NCBI GenBank assembly: GCA_036477295.1
Contig: JAZGDE010000015.1
Location: forward strand, 1,287-65,286
DNA: 64,000 nt
DNA from: Bacteroidota bacterium
Lineage (GTDB): Bacteria > Bacteroidota > Ignavibacteria > UBA10030 > JAZGDE01
Direction: 5' to 3'
The translations under genes and the position numbers were made by a program. The notes below the pieces were generated by a model. The model was not told the origin of the DNA and searched no databases. It saw only the letters and a program-made list of their open reading frames with translations. Of the stretch, positions 37,120 to 46,384 are shown in pieces; position 1 is the first letter of the stretch, and the number at the start of each line of letters is the position of its first letter.

Positions 37120-39225
37120 ATGCGCCATGATCCCCTCTATAGAAGGATTCTCTCACTTCCGATTTTCATTCTCTTCTTGATCGTTTTCCCGGACCTCAGC
37201 CTCGTTGCGCAAGATCACGACTCCGCTCGCGAACGAACGTACGAAGTAAAGAAAGTAGAATTCGAGGGGAACAAGACGTTCGACGATGATTTACTCGTGG
37301 GCCTTCTTCAGACCAAGGAAAGTCCCGGCTGGTTCCCCAAATTCCTGCACAAGAAAATCAGTCGGAAACTGGGTTCTCCTCCTGAGTTGTATAACCCTGC
37401 TGCCCTTCAGGCAGACGTGGCGCGCTTGCGACAATTCTACTGGGACAACGGGTTCGTCAACGCGAGGGTCACAACGAGCGCTCCGTTCGACACCTCGAGC
37501 CGATCGGTCAAGTTAACGTTCTTCATCGAGGAGAATCGACGCTCGCTGATCGATTCTGTCGGATACATCGGCATTGAGAATGTTGCCGATGATGTGCGGC
37601 CGCAAATTCATAGAGACTCATTCATCAAGCTTGAGGATTCATACAGTCAGGACAACGTCGACCGTGAGATCCTCAGAATCCTCAACGTCCTCCACGACAA
37701 CGGATATCCGGAAGCCCACTTTGTGCAAGAACAATCGGAAATTCACCATAGCCTTCAGACGAACAATGTCACGTTGATCATAGCCTTCGATCAAGGCAGG
37801 AGGTTTGCCTTCGGTGACATCTCTTTGCGTGTGGAGGGAAAGGAGCGACCCGATATTGAAGATCGGATCGTACTCCGTTCTCTCGAGTACCAGTCGGGCG
37901 AAGTGTACAGCCAGAGAAAAGAGCTCGACAGTGAGCGGCACCTCAATCGACTCGGATTGTTTGAGACAGCGCGAATCGAGTTGAACATCCCTTCGGAAGA
38001 AGATACCTCAACCTCGATCCCAACAACCGTCGTCGTTCGGCCGAAGGACAAGCACGAACTCAACCCAGAGGTCGCCCTCCTCGAGGAGAACAATGCACTC
38101 AACGTCGGACTCGGGTTTGGGTATACGAACCTGAATTTCTTCGGCGAGGCACGGGTCTTCACGACAGCGCTGCAATTTCGGATTCAAGACCTCGGCAAAC
38201 GTAATTTCCCCTTTGGAAGTTCATGGCTAAAGGACACGACTACTGTCGGGCTCGTGGAGCTGAGCACTCAAGTGACGCAACCGTACTTTTTTTCCTCGAG
38301 GCTGAGTGGACTTTGGATCTTTTCACTCATAAAAGATAAGCAAGAGCCGTTTGTGTTGACGACGATGCGGAATCGTTTCGGCTTGCGGTACGAGTTTGAT
38401 CCAAAGACAAGCGGATTCCTGGACTGGAATCTTGAGACGGTAGACCTTGATCTACTCGACACCACAAGGACGGAATTGTTACCCGAGCGTCTTGAAGAAG
38501 AGCGGCAGTTCAACTCGATCGTTTCGGTGACACTCCAACTTGATCGTACCAACGATATATTTTCACCTTCCCATGGATACTCATGGGGAGTGAGCGTTGA
38601 AGAAGCGGGGTTGCTCCCCGCCATTGCTGGGTTGGGTTCTCGGCTTCGTTTCTCACAGTTTTACAAGGTGTCGCTTTCCGGGCGGTACTTTACGGATCTG
38701 ACAAGCGACCGCTACACGATCTTGGCCGCAAAGGCCAAGTTTGGCTTTGCGAAGAGATTTGTCATTCGCGCGACCTCGGACGTAAGTGATACGACCCTTC
38801 GCATTCCATTAAACCGGCGGTTCTTCGCTGGAGGAAGCGGGAGCGTGCGCGGGTGGAAAACGCGTGAGCTCGGCGCGGTTGACGATCCTCAATTTGGCGG
38901 AAATGCACTGTTCGAACTCAGCATGGAGACGCGAATTAACTTCACTCGCGGACTGGGAAAGGTCTGGGTGATCGAGTTCGATAACATCAGCGCGGTGCTG
39001 TTTGCGGACGCTGGAAACATATGGTCCGATGTCAAAAAGATTCGGCTAAGCGAGGTAGCGCTCACCATTGGATTTGGTTTTCGGTACGATGCCATCTTCG
39101 GTCCGTTCCGCGTTGATTTTGGCTTCCGAGTGTACGATCCGGGCAAACCGCGCGGACAGAAATGGATTTTCGAGAGAAAATTGCGGAGAGAAGCCTTGCA
39201 TTTCGGGATCGGTCATGCGTTCTAG
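37120..39225 (+). CDS. bamA: outer-membrane protein assembly factor BamA (Omp85 family)
   Basis: Signal peptide, POTRA repeats ('YEVKKVEFEGNKTF', 'YWDNGFVNARV') and a C-terminal barrel ending 'HFGIGHAF'. ATG 37120 lies after the terminator. Confidence 0.88.
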   Translation: MRHDPLYRRILSLPIFILFLIVFPDLSLVAQDHDSARERTYEVKKVEFEGNKTFDDDLLVGLLQTKESPGWFPKFLHKKISRKLGSPPELYNPAALQADVARLRQFYWDNGFVNARVTTSAPFDTSSRSVKLTFFIEENRRSLIDSVGYIGIENVADDVRPQIHRDSFIKLEDSYSQDNVDREILRILNVLHDNGYPEAHFVQEQSEIHHSLQTNNVTLIIAFDQGRRFAFGDISLRVEGKERPDIEDRIVLRSLEYQSGEVYSQRKELDSERHLNRLGLFETARIELNIPSEEDTSTSIPTTVVVRPKDKHELNPEVALLEENNALNVGLGFGYTNLNFFGEARVFTTALQFRIQDLGKRNFPFGSSWLKDTTTVGLVELSTQVTQPYFFSSRLSGLWIFSLIKDKQEPFVLTTMRNRFGLRYEFDPKTSGFLDWNLETVDLDLLDTTRTELLPERLEEERQFNSIVSVTLQLDRTNDIFSPSHGYSWGVSVEEAGLLPAIAGLGSRLRFSQFYKVSLSGRYFTDLTSDRYTILAAKAKFGFAKRFVIRATSDVSDTTLRIPLNRRFFAGGSGSVRGWKTRELGAVDDPQFGGNALFELSMETRINFTRGLGKVWVIEFDNISAVLFADAGNIWSDVKKIRLSEVALTIGFGFRYDAIFGPFRVDFGFRVYDPGKPRGQKWIFERKLRREALHFGIGHAF

Positions 39226-39234
39226 GGGAATTCT

Positions 39235-40356
39235 ATGTCGTGGAAAGCAGTCATAGGACAGGAACGGATCAAAGGAATTCTGCAGCGGTCCATCTCAGCG
39301 AATCGAGTTGCACATGCATACTTGTTCTACGGACCGGAGGGCGTCGGAAAGGATGCCATGGCGATCGAGATGGCAAAGGTGCTGAACTGTGAGCGCAGTG
39401 GTATCGACGCGTGCGACGAGTGTCGGACTTGTCAGCGGCTAAGCTCTTTTCAGCATCCGAACATTAAATTTGTGTTCGCCCTGCCGGTCGGAAAGAGCGA
39501 GAAGGTTGGTGATCCCCCTCTCTTTCGCTTAAGCAATGAAGAGATCAGACTCATTCAAGAGCAACTTCGACTGAAGGGAGAGAATCCGTATCATAATTTC
39601 GCGATTCCGCGCGCGACCTTCATCAAAATCAACAGCATTCGTGACCTCAAGCGGGAGGTCGCATTGACGGCGGTTGGGTCCGGGAGAAAAGTCTTCATCA
39701 TCTCGGACGCCCAAAACATGAACGATGAGGCATCAAATTCACTCCTGAAATCTCTTGAGGAGCCTACCGCGAGCACGGTGTTCATTCTCACCAGTGCGAA
39801 TCGGGAAAAGCTCTTACCGACAATCGTTTCACGGTGTCAGGCCGTCCAGTTCGATTTGCTCCGGGATGAAGATATTTGCGAAGCGTTGATCGAGCGTAAG
39901 CGATGGAGCGAGTCTGAAGCTTCTGTGATCGCCCGACTTGCTCACGGCAGTTACGCGCGGGCACTCGAGCTCCTGAACACTGAAGTCCGCGAACGTAGGG
40001 AGCTAGTAGTCAACTTTATCCGGGCAGCGGTGGGTATTCCTCCGTTCGAATTGACGGAAGAGGTTGAGCGGATCGCCTCGGAGCATGACCGTACCTCGGT
40101 CGAGCAGTTTCTGGGCCTGATGCTCATCTGGTTTCGAGATGCATTGATCTTGCAGCAGCGGGGAGTCGAGGGCATCGTCAACGTTGATGATTCTGAGACG
40201 CTGATGAGGTTTTCGAAGTATTTTCCGCATGCAGACATTTGTGCATTGATGCAGCGTGTCGAGAGGTCCCTTTCGCTTCTGGGAAAAAATGTGTATATTC
40301 GCCTTGTGCTGATGAATCTCGGTTTGGAATTGCGCCGCATCGTTGCAGCGAAATGA
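39235..40356 (+). CDS. holB: DNA polymerase III subunit delta'
   Basis: 'RVAHAYLFYGPEGVGKDAMA', a zinc module 'CDECRTCQR' and 'TIVSRCQ'. Confidence 0.88.
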   Translation: MSWKAVIGQERIKGILQRSISANRVAHAYLFYGPEGVGKDAMAIEMAKVLNCERSGIDACDECRTCQRLSSFQHPNIKFVFALPVGKSEKVGDPPLFRLSNEEIRLIQEQLRLKGENPYHNFAIPRATFIKINSIRDLKREVALTAVGSGRKVFIISDAQNMNDEASNSLLKSLEEPTASTVFILTSANREKLLPTIVSRCQAVQFDLLRDEDICEALIERKRWSESEASVIARLAHGSYARALELLNTEVRERRELVVNFIRAAVGIPPFELTEEVERIASEHDRTSVEQFLGLMLIWFRDALILQQRGVEGIVNVDDSETLMRFSKYFPHADICALMQRVERSLSLLGKNVYIRLVLMNLGLELRRIVAAK

Positions 40357-40506
40357 CTGTGCATTCAACGTCATAAAAGGAAATGCCATCGTGGAGTCTC
40401 GGGAAAAAGAACCCCGTGAAAGTACGTCGCAGTCCTCTGACGGCCAGTTTGTGTTGTTCGGCGAGTTTTCCGAGTTTGAAGAATCTGAGTGGAATACGCT
40501 GATTAA

Positions 40507-41445
40507 GGAAGGACGCTTCTCGGAGCAGGAACAGAAGGCCTGCGAGCGACGTTGGACTGGTACGTTCTCCCAACCCCCCGAAGAGAGTTGATGGCAACTC
40601 AAGAACGTCGTCGAGGGACAATTTAAAGGAACTCGACGTGGGTTTTATGAGAACAAGGAGAACCTGGATGTAGCAAAGGGTGATGCCGTGTTCGTGGAGG
40701 CGGAAAAAGGGATCGACTTGGGAATCGTCCATCTGATCGGCGAGCTGGTTCGTGTGAAGCGACGGGCAAAGGGCATCTTGTACCGAGAGGAAAAAAAGCT
40801 CCTTCGGAAAGCATCAGCAGCAGAGAGGGGTGTCCTCGATCTGCTCCGCCTGAGGGAGAAAGAGGCTTTTGGAAAGTGTCGAGATCGAATCTGCCAGCAC
40901 GGCCGGCCGATGAGGTTGGTCGACGTTGAGTATCAGTTCGACGGAAACCGAGTGACGTTTTACTATACAGCGGACCGGACCGCCGGGTGGATTTTCGCGG
41001 GCTCGTAAAAGACCTTGCATCGATCTTTCGGACGCGTATCGAGATGCGTCAGATCGGGGCGCGTCAAGGAGCCAAGTCGTGTGGGAGGGTGGGGATCTGC
41101 GGACGAGAGCTCTGTTGCGCGTCCTGGATCTCCTGCCCGAGGCGGATTACCCTCTGGCATGCGAAGGCGCAGAATCTCTCGACCAATCCTGCAAGGCTTA
41201 CAGGACAATGCGGGCGACTGAAGTGCTGCCTGGCGTTTAAGGTCGACACCTCTGTCGATGTATTGAAGGAGTTCCCCGCGATTCGCAGTATTGTCCGGAC
41301 GGCCCGGGGAGCCGCTCGAGTAGAAAAGGTGGACATCTACGGACAGATGGTCTGCGTTCATTGTCTCGAGACGGGCTACCACGAGAAGCTTACGCTTGAC
41401 GAAGTGAATCGATACTTGAGGAGAGCAAGTCTACAGGACAGCTAA
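40507..41445 (+). pseudogene. ricT: PSP1-domain protein RicT/YaaT, interrupted by at least two frameshifts
   Basis: Three family-like segments lie in different frames. They are 40507-40626 ('ATLDWYVLPTPRRELMATQE'), 40592-41010 ('NVVEGQFKGTRRGFYENKENLDVAKGDAVFVEAEKGIDLGIV...FYYTAD') and 40987-41445 ('VDFRGLVKDLASIFRTRIEMRQIG...CGRLKCCL'). The second shift coincides with the tandem GGACC GGACC at 40972-40981. The decayed N-terminus may extend up to ATG 40383. Confidence 0.8.
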
Positions 41446-41450
41446 GACCC

Positions 41451-43526
41451 GTGTCGGCGCCGCAGTTTCAACGCATACTTGTCACGGCTGCCTTACCGTA
41501 CGCGAACGGACACATTCACCTAGGCCATCTGGCGGGGGCATATCTACCTGCCGACATCTACGTACGGTACCAGAGGCTCCAGAAATGCGCTGTGCTGTTC
41601 ATTTGCGGTTCGGATGAGCACGGGGTTCCGATCATGATCACGGCCGACCAGGAAAGGACAACCCCTCAGGCAGTGGTCGACCGATACCACGTGGCCAATC
41701 GAGATGCGTTCAATCGATTCGGCATGAGCTTCGATAATTACTCTCGGACGTCCCTCCCGCTGCATCATAGGACAGCACAGGAATTTTTCTTGAAGCTGTA
41801 TGAATCCGGCGTGTTGGTTGAAAAGACTGAACTACAGCTTTACGACGAGAAGGCTCAGATGTTCTTACCCGATCGCTATGTGGAAGGCACATGTCCGGCT
41901 TGTGGATACGCCGAAGCGAAGGGTGATCAGTGTGAACAGTGTGGAACGTATCTCACACCGACCGAACTGAAAAGCCCGAAAAGCAAGATCACGGGCGATA
42001 CGCCGATAGTACGGAAGACGACTCACTGGTACTTCCCCCTTGGGCGATACCAGAAGCCCCTTGAGGAGTATATTGCGGAGCGGAGCAAGCGCAGTCGCTG
42101 GCGGGAGAACGTTCTCCGCTACTGCGATTCTTGGTTCAAGGAAGGACTCAGGGATCGTGCCGTGACGCGGGACCTAACGTGGGGGGTGTCGGTGCCCATC
42201 GACGGCTATGAAAAAAAGGTTCTCTACGTTTGGTTCGATGCTGTGCTCGGTTACATCTCGAGCGCGAAGGAGTGGGCAGTCCAACAGGGTAAGCCGGACC
42301 AATGGCGGGACTATTGGTTCGATAAAAGGACGAAATACGTCGCGTTTATTGGGAAGGATAATGTTGTATTCCACTGTATCTTTTTTCCCGCGATGTTGAT
42401 GTCATGGAACGATGCGAGCGAGGAAAAGTTCATCTATCCAGAGAACGTCCCGGCAAACGAATTTCTGAATTACGAAGGACAGAAATTCTCGAAGAGTCGC
42501 GGCTGGGGGGTCGACCTGAAGGATTATCTCCAGATTTTTCCGCCGGATCCGCTTCGCTACGCATTGGCGGTGAACCTGCCCGAGACACGCGACACGGATT
42601 TCTACTGGAAGGATTTCCAGGCCCGAAATAACAACGAACTCGCAGATATCGTTGGCAATTTCATTAATCGCACGCTGACGTTCACTGAAAAGAATTTCAA
42701 CAACAGGGTCCCCCCGCGCCACCTTCTGGAGAAGCTCGATCAAGAGATGATACGATCGCTCTCCGAAGCGCCAGCCCGTGTAGGAGAATGTTTCGACGGA
42801 TTCCAATTTCGGGACGGTGTTCAAGAGATTATGAATCTCGCCAGGGCAGCCAATAAGTATTTCAACGACAGCGAACCCTGGAGATCACTGAAGGAAAACC
42901 GAAAGCGCTGTGAAACCGCGCTCAACATCTGCGTCCAGACGATTCGCGCTCTGGCGATTCTCCTCCACCCAGTGCTGCCATTCTCAACCGAGAGAGTCTG
43001 GAGCATGCTTGCCCTGGACGGTAAGGTGAGTGGCGAAATCTGGGGCAGCGCGGGCGAACTCGCAGTTCCGGAGGGTCATCGGCTCGGAAAACCGGAGATC
43101 CTTTTTACCAAGATCGATGACGAAACGATCAACGCGAAGTTGAATCAGTTGCGCACACTGGAGGAAGCTCAAACACAACGACGAGTCAAGGCCATGAAAC
43201 CTACCATTACGAGCGAAGAATTCAGTAAAGTTGATCTCCGCGTCGCGAAGGTGCTGAGGTGCGAGAAGGTTCCGCGATCGGAAAAGCTCCTCAAATTGCT
43301 GGTCGACCTTGGGGGAGAACAGCGCGAGGTCGTCGCTGGGATTGCTCAACATTATCAGCCTCAGGACCTCATCGGCCGGGCAATCGTCGTGGTTGCCAAT
43401 TTGAAGCCCGCAAGACTGATGGGCCTAGAATCGCACGGAATGCTCTTGGCGGCGACGGGAAGCGATGGGAAGCTCGTAGTGCTTACGGTAGCGGGAGACA
43501 TTGAGGCTGGAAGTATCGTGAAGTGA
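41451..43526 (+). CDS. metG: methionine--tRNA ligase with C-terminal tRNA-binding domain
   Basis: 'PYANGHIHLGH' and 'KFSKSRG', a Zn knuckle 'CPACG...CEQCG', and a C-terminal 'VAKVLRCEKVPRSEKLLKLLVDLG'. GTG start. Confidence 0.93.
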   Translation: MSAPQFQRILVTAALPYANGHIHLGHLAGAYLPADIYVRYQRLQKCAVLFICGSDEHGVPIMITADQERTTPQAVVDRYHVANRDAFNRFGMSFDNYSRTSLPLHHRTAQEFFLKLYESGVLVEKTELQLYDEKAQMFLPDRYVEGTCPACGYAEAKGDQCEQCGTYLTPTELKSPKSKITGDTPIVRKTTHWYFPLGRYQKPLEEYIAERSKRSRWRENVLRYCDSWFKEGLRDRAVTRDLTWGVSVPIDGYEKKVLYVWFDAVLGYISSAKEWAVQQGKPDQWRDYWFDKRTKYVAFIGKDNVVFHCIFFPAMLMSWNDASEEKFIYPENVPANEFLNYEGQKFSKSRGWGVDLKDYLQIFPPDPLRYALAVNLPETRDTDFYWKDFQARNNNELADIVGNFINRTLTFTEKNFNNRVPPRHLLEKLDQEMIRSLSEAPARVGECFDGFQFRDGVQEIMNLARAANKYFNDSEPWRSLKENRKRCETALNICVQTIRALAILLHPVLPFSTERVWSMLALDGKVSGEIWGSAGELAVPEGHRLGKPEILFTKIDDETINAKLNQLRTLEEAQTQRRVKAMKPTITSEEFSKVDLRVAKVLRCEKVPRSEKLLKLLVDLGGEQREVVAGIAQHYQPQDLIGRAIVVVANLKPARLMGLESHGMLLAATGSDGKLVVLTVAGDIEAGSIVK

Positions 43527-43578
43527 AGAGACGATACATCGGAGGCCAAACATTCAAACGATCATAAGGAGACATGCT

Positions 43579-44856
43579 ATGAAGCAAGCGGCTGTGTCTG
43601 AAGTAGTCGATCACCATCGGTCAGCTCTGGACTTTGCTGTCGAGAACTTTGACCGCGCTGCAGATGTGCTGGAGCTAGATCCAGACATACGTGAAATGAT
43701 CCGATATCCCGAGCGATGTTTGGTGGTGCACATTCCGATCCGGATCGATAACGGCCACATCAAGCGATTCGAGGGCTATCGCGTTCATTGGAATACTGCA
43801 CGGGGTCCGGCGAAAGGGGGAATCCGATACCATCCCAATGTGACGCTTGAGGAAGTGAAGGCGCTCGCGTGCTGGATGACGTGGAAATGCGCTATTGTGA
43901 ATATCCCCTATGGTGGCGGCAAGGGCGGCGTTGCCTGCAATACTAAGGAGCTTTCGATGACGGAACTGGAGCGTATCACGCGCCGGTATACGAGCGCCAT
44001 TCTTCCCATCATCGGTCCGAAAATTGACATCCCCGCCCCTGACATGTACACGAACGCTCAAACCATGGCCTGGATGATGGATACCTACAGCATGACGAAG
44101 GGGTATCCAGTCCTCGGTGTGGTGACGGGTAAACCGATCAGCCTCGGGGGGTCCCTCGGCCGGGATCAGGCGACCGGTCGGGGAGTTTATTACACAATCC
44201 TCAGCACATTCGAGCACCTCAAGAGTCCGATTCGTGGTGCGACGGCCGCCGTCCAGGGATTCGGAAACGCCGGCTCGGCGGCGGCAAAGCTGCTGCATCG
44301 AGCAGGGACTAAGGTCATTGCCGTCAGCGATTCGCGTGGCTCTATTCACAACGAGAAAGGGCTCGACATCGAAAAACTCGTCCGGCACAAAGAACAGACC
44401 GGCACGATCGTAGGCTTCAGTGGTTCGGAGCACATACGAAACCAGGAGTTGCTTGCCCTGGAATGTGGCGTGTTGATCCCCGCAGCTTTGGAGAGCACAA
44501 TTCACAGAGGGAATGCGGGTAGCGTGAGGGCCAAGGTCATCGCCGAGGCGGCTAACGGTCCCGTGACACCTGAAGCGGATGCGATTTTGGAGGACAAGGG
44601 AGTATTTATCATTCCCGACATCCTGTGCAATGCTGGCGGTGTCACGGTATCGTACTTCGAATGGGTTCAGGACGAGCAGCACATGTTCTGGACTGAGGAA
44701 AACGTGTTCGAGAAGCTGGAACACATAATGAAAAACGCTTTCAAGGATGTAATGAACACTCACGTCCGGCGAAATGTGAGTATGCGTGTGGCCGCGAATA
44801 TGGTTGGCATCAGCCGCGTTGCAGAGGCGACAAAGTTGCGCGGACTATATCCCTGA
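43579..44856 (+). CDS. gdhA: glutamate dehydrogenase
   Basis: 'KGGIRYHP', 'PYGGGKGGV' and 'GFGNAGS'. Confidence 0.92.
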   Translation: MKQAAVSEVVDHHRSALDFAVENFDRAADVLELDPDIREMIRYPERCLVVHIPIRIDNGHIKRFEGYRVHWNTARGPAKGGIRYHPNVTLEEVKALACWMTWKCAIVNIPYGGGKGGVACNTKELSMTELERITRRYTSAILPIIGPKIDIPAPDMYTNAQTMAWMMDTYSMTKGYPVLGVVTGKPISLGGSLGRDQATGRGVYYTILSTFEHLKSPIRGATAAVQGFGNAGSAAAKLLHRAGTKVIAVSDSRGSIHNEKGLDIEKLVRHKEQTGTIVGFSGSEHIRNQELLALECGVLIPAALESTIHRGNAGSVRAKVIAEAANGPVTPEADAILEDKGVFIIPDILCNAGGVTVSYFEWVQDEQHMFWTEENVFEKLEHIMKNAFKDVMNTHVRRNVSMRVAANMVGISRVAEATKLRGLYP

Positions 44857-44907
44857 CAGCGATTCGTCGATTGGGCGCTTCTCTGCATTGACAAGTTTTT
44901 AGGTCGG

Positions 44908-45632
44908 ATGGCCTCGGCTTGTTGTTTTCGTTTCCCTGCTTTTTGTCGCTAACTCCTCAGCTGCACAATGGACAGTTTCTCTCTATAGTCGGCAAATCTC
45001 GCACGTCGCCATCCGACCTTGAAATTGTTCAACCGTCGCTCCTGAACTACGTCACGTTTCACAATCTCTCCTATTCGGCCGAATCTTTCAAAACTCCTTT
45101 CTATTACGGCGTTCGGGTTGGATATTTCTTTCAGGAGCCGAAATTCATCGGCTTGGAAGTTGAGTTCGTTCACCTCAAGGTTCTCACCAATCCTGAGGAG
45201 ATCGTTCACATGACTGGTAAATGCAAGGGGCAGCCGGAGGATCGAATCGTTCGCTTCGGTGATGTTGTTGAATCGTTTTCCATGACTCATGGTTTGAACC
45301 TGCTGATGGCTAATGCCCCATTCCGACACCACCTGCTTGAAAACCTTGGAAGTTATGCGAGACTTTCGATGGTGGGCCGCATTGGTTTCGGACCAATCAT
45401 TCCCCACGCAGTAAGCCAGATCGGGGGAGTCTCGCAAGAACAGTATGAGGTAACCGGCCGTGCACTGCAAGTCGGCGTAGGCAGCGAAGTTCGGTTACTT
45501 TCTATCTTTTATTTTCTGCTCGAATACAAATTCACACGCAGCTTCTTTGACAACGCCTCTGTCGTCAACGGCGCGGCGAAGGTGTCTTTTCGAACTCATC
45601 ACTTCATCTTCGGTATGAGTGTTCATCGGTAG
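44908..45632 (+). pseudogene. small outer-membrane beta-barrel protein with its 5' end split across three frames
   Basis: ATG 44908 opens one frame. The signal peptide and cleavage site 'LVVFVSLLFVANSSAAQWTVSLY' are in a second frame (44918-45010). The barrel body 'GKSRTSPSDLEI...FYYGVRVGYFF...' is in a third (ORF 44919..45632). That third frame has a TTG start but no signal peptide. Confidence 0.5.
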
Positions 45633-45641
45633 CCTGCTAAT

Positions 45642-46351
45642 ATGAAGACTTTGTATCGTCTTCTATTTGTCGTGATTCTCTCTTCACTCTGAGGCAGGGA
45701 TTTTCTTTCGGATCCTCTCACAACACTGCTTCCAGGCTGGAACCGCGATGGAATTGCCCGGCTTGTCATCGAGCGGTAATCCAACGCATCGGTCTACGAT
45801 CCTTTTCTTGCAATTCCTCACTCGTTTTGCTAATTTTCGGGTGGTCATATGACGGGAGGGTTAATCCGAAGTTCGGGGAGTCTATCGATATTCGGTTTGA
45901 GAACATTACACGCGCGCGCATCCAAGGAGGAGAGGTCTCGATCAAGAGTGACCGGTTTGAAAGACTCCTCCTTGCGGAGGTCAGCTATACCTACGTCTGG
46001 CCGCGCGACTTGATCGAAGATGACTTCCTCCGCTTTCGCTCTCGTCATCTGCTCTACGGTAATTTGCAGCTCCGCGGAGGTTTTCTTACGTTTGGTATTG
46101 ACGGTCGGTACGTCAGCAGGATGGAACGAATCGATGAGCGCCTCGTGCAGCTGGCTCCGATACCGGATGGGCATCGACGCGTGTCGATAAAAGTGGTGGA
46201 TGTCCGGGCGCTTTTCGACCTGAATAAGTTCGGTGTCCCACTCCGGATCGGTTTCAACGTAAATAACGTCACACATTACAACTACGTAGAGCTGATCGGC
46301 AACATCGCTCCGACCCGAAATTATGTGCTTACCGTCGAAGTGTCGCTGTAG
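45642..46351 (+). pseudogene. remnant of a second TonB-dependent receptor (signal-peptide mini-ORF plus C-terminal barrel strands)
   Basis: 'MKTLYRLLFVVILSSL' then a stop at 45642-45692. ORF 45827..46351 reads like the last ~170 aa of a TBDR barrel ('AEVSYTYVW...NVNNVTHYNY...RNYVLTVEVSL'). The plug and most of the barrel are absent. Confidence 0.65.
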
Positions 46352-46384
46352 GAGGAGTCCCTCCACCGAAATCGATTGCGATCA

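Noticed and set aside
40589-40591. In-frame TGA codons joining family-like segments (40589-40591 in the ricT region, 23498-23500 in the TBDR fragment). This raised the idea of TGA recoding or an alternative genetic code.
   Set aside because: TGA is used as a normal stop by many intact genes here (prmC, holB, topA, hprK, the M23 peptidase and others). No selenocysteine-type hairpin context was evident. Both loci show additional frameshifts or deletions typical of pseudogenes.
40343-40591. The 82-aa ORF between holB and the PSP1 segments, considered as an independent small acidic protein.
   Set aside because: It overlaps two other open frames in the same 200 nt and is in phase with the downstream PSP1 segment, separated only by a TGA. 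It is best explained as part of the decayed N-terminal extension of ricT.
23207-46351. The idea that the TBDR N-terminal fragment (23207-23500) and the TBDR C-terminal fragment (45827-46351) are two halves of one gene split by a 22-kb insertion.
   Set aside because: The second locus has its own signal-peptide mini-ORF (45642-45692). The intervening 22 kb is core housekeeping (topA, xerC/D, hprK, bamA, holB, metG, gdhA) with no mobile-element features. These are two independent remnants.
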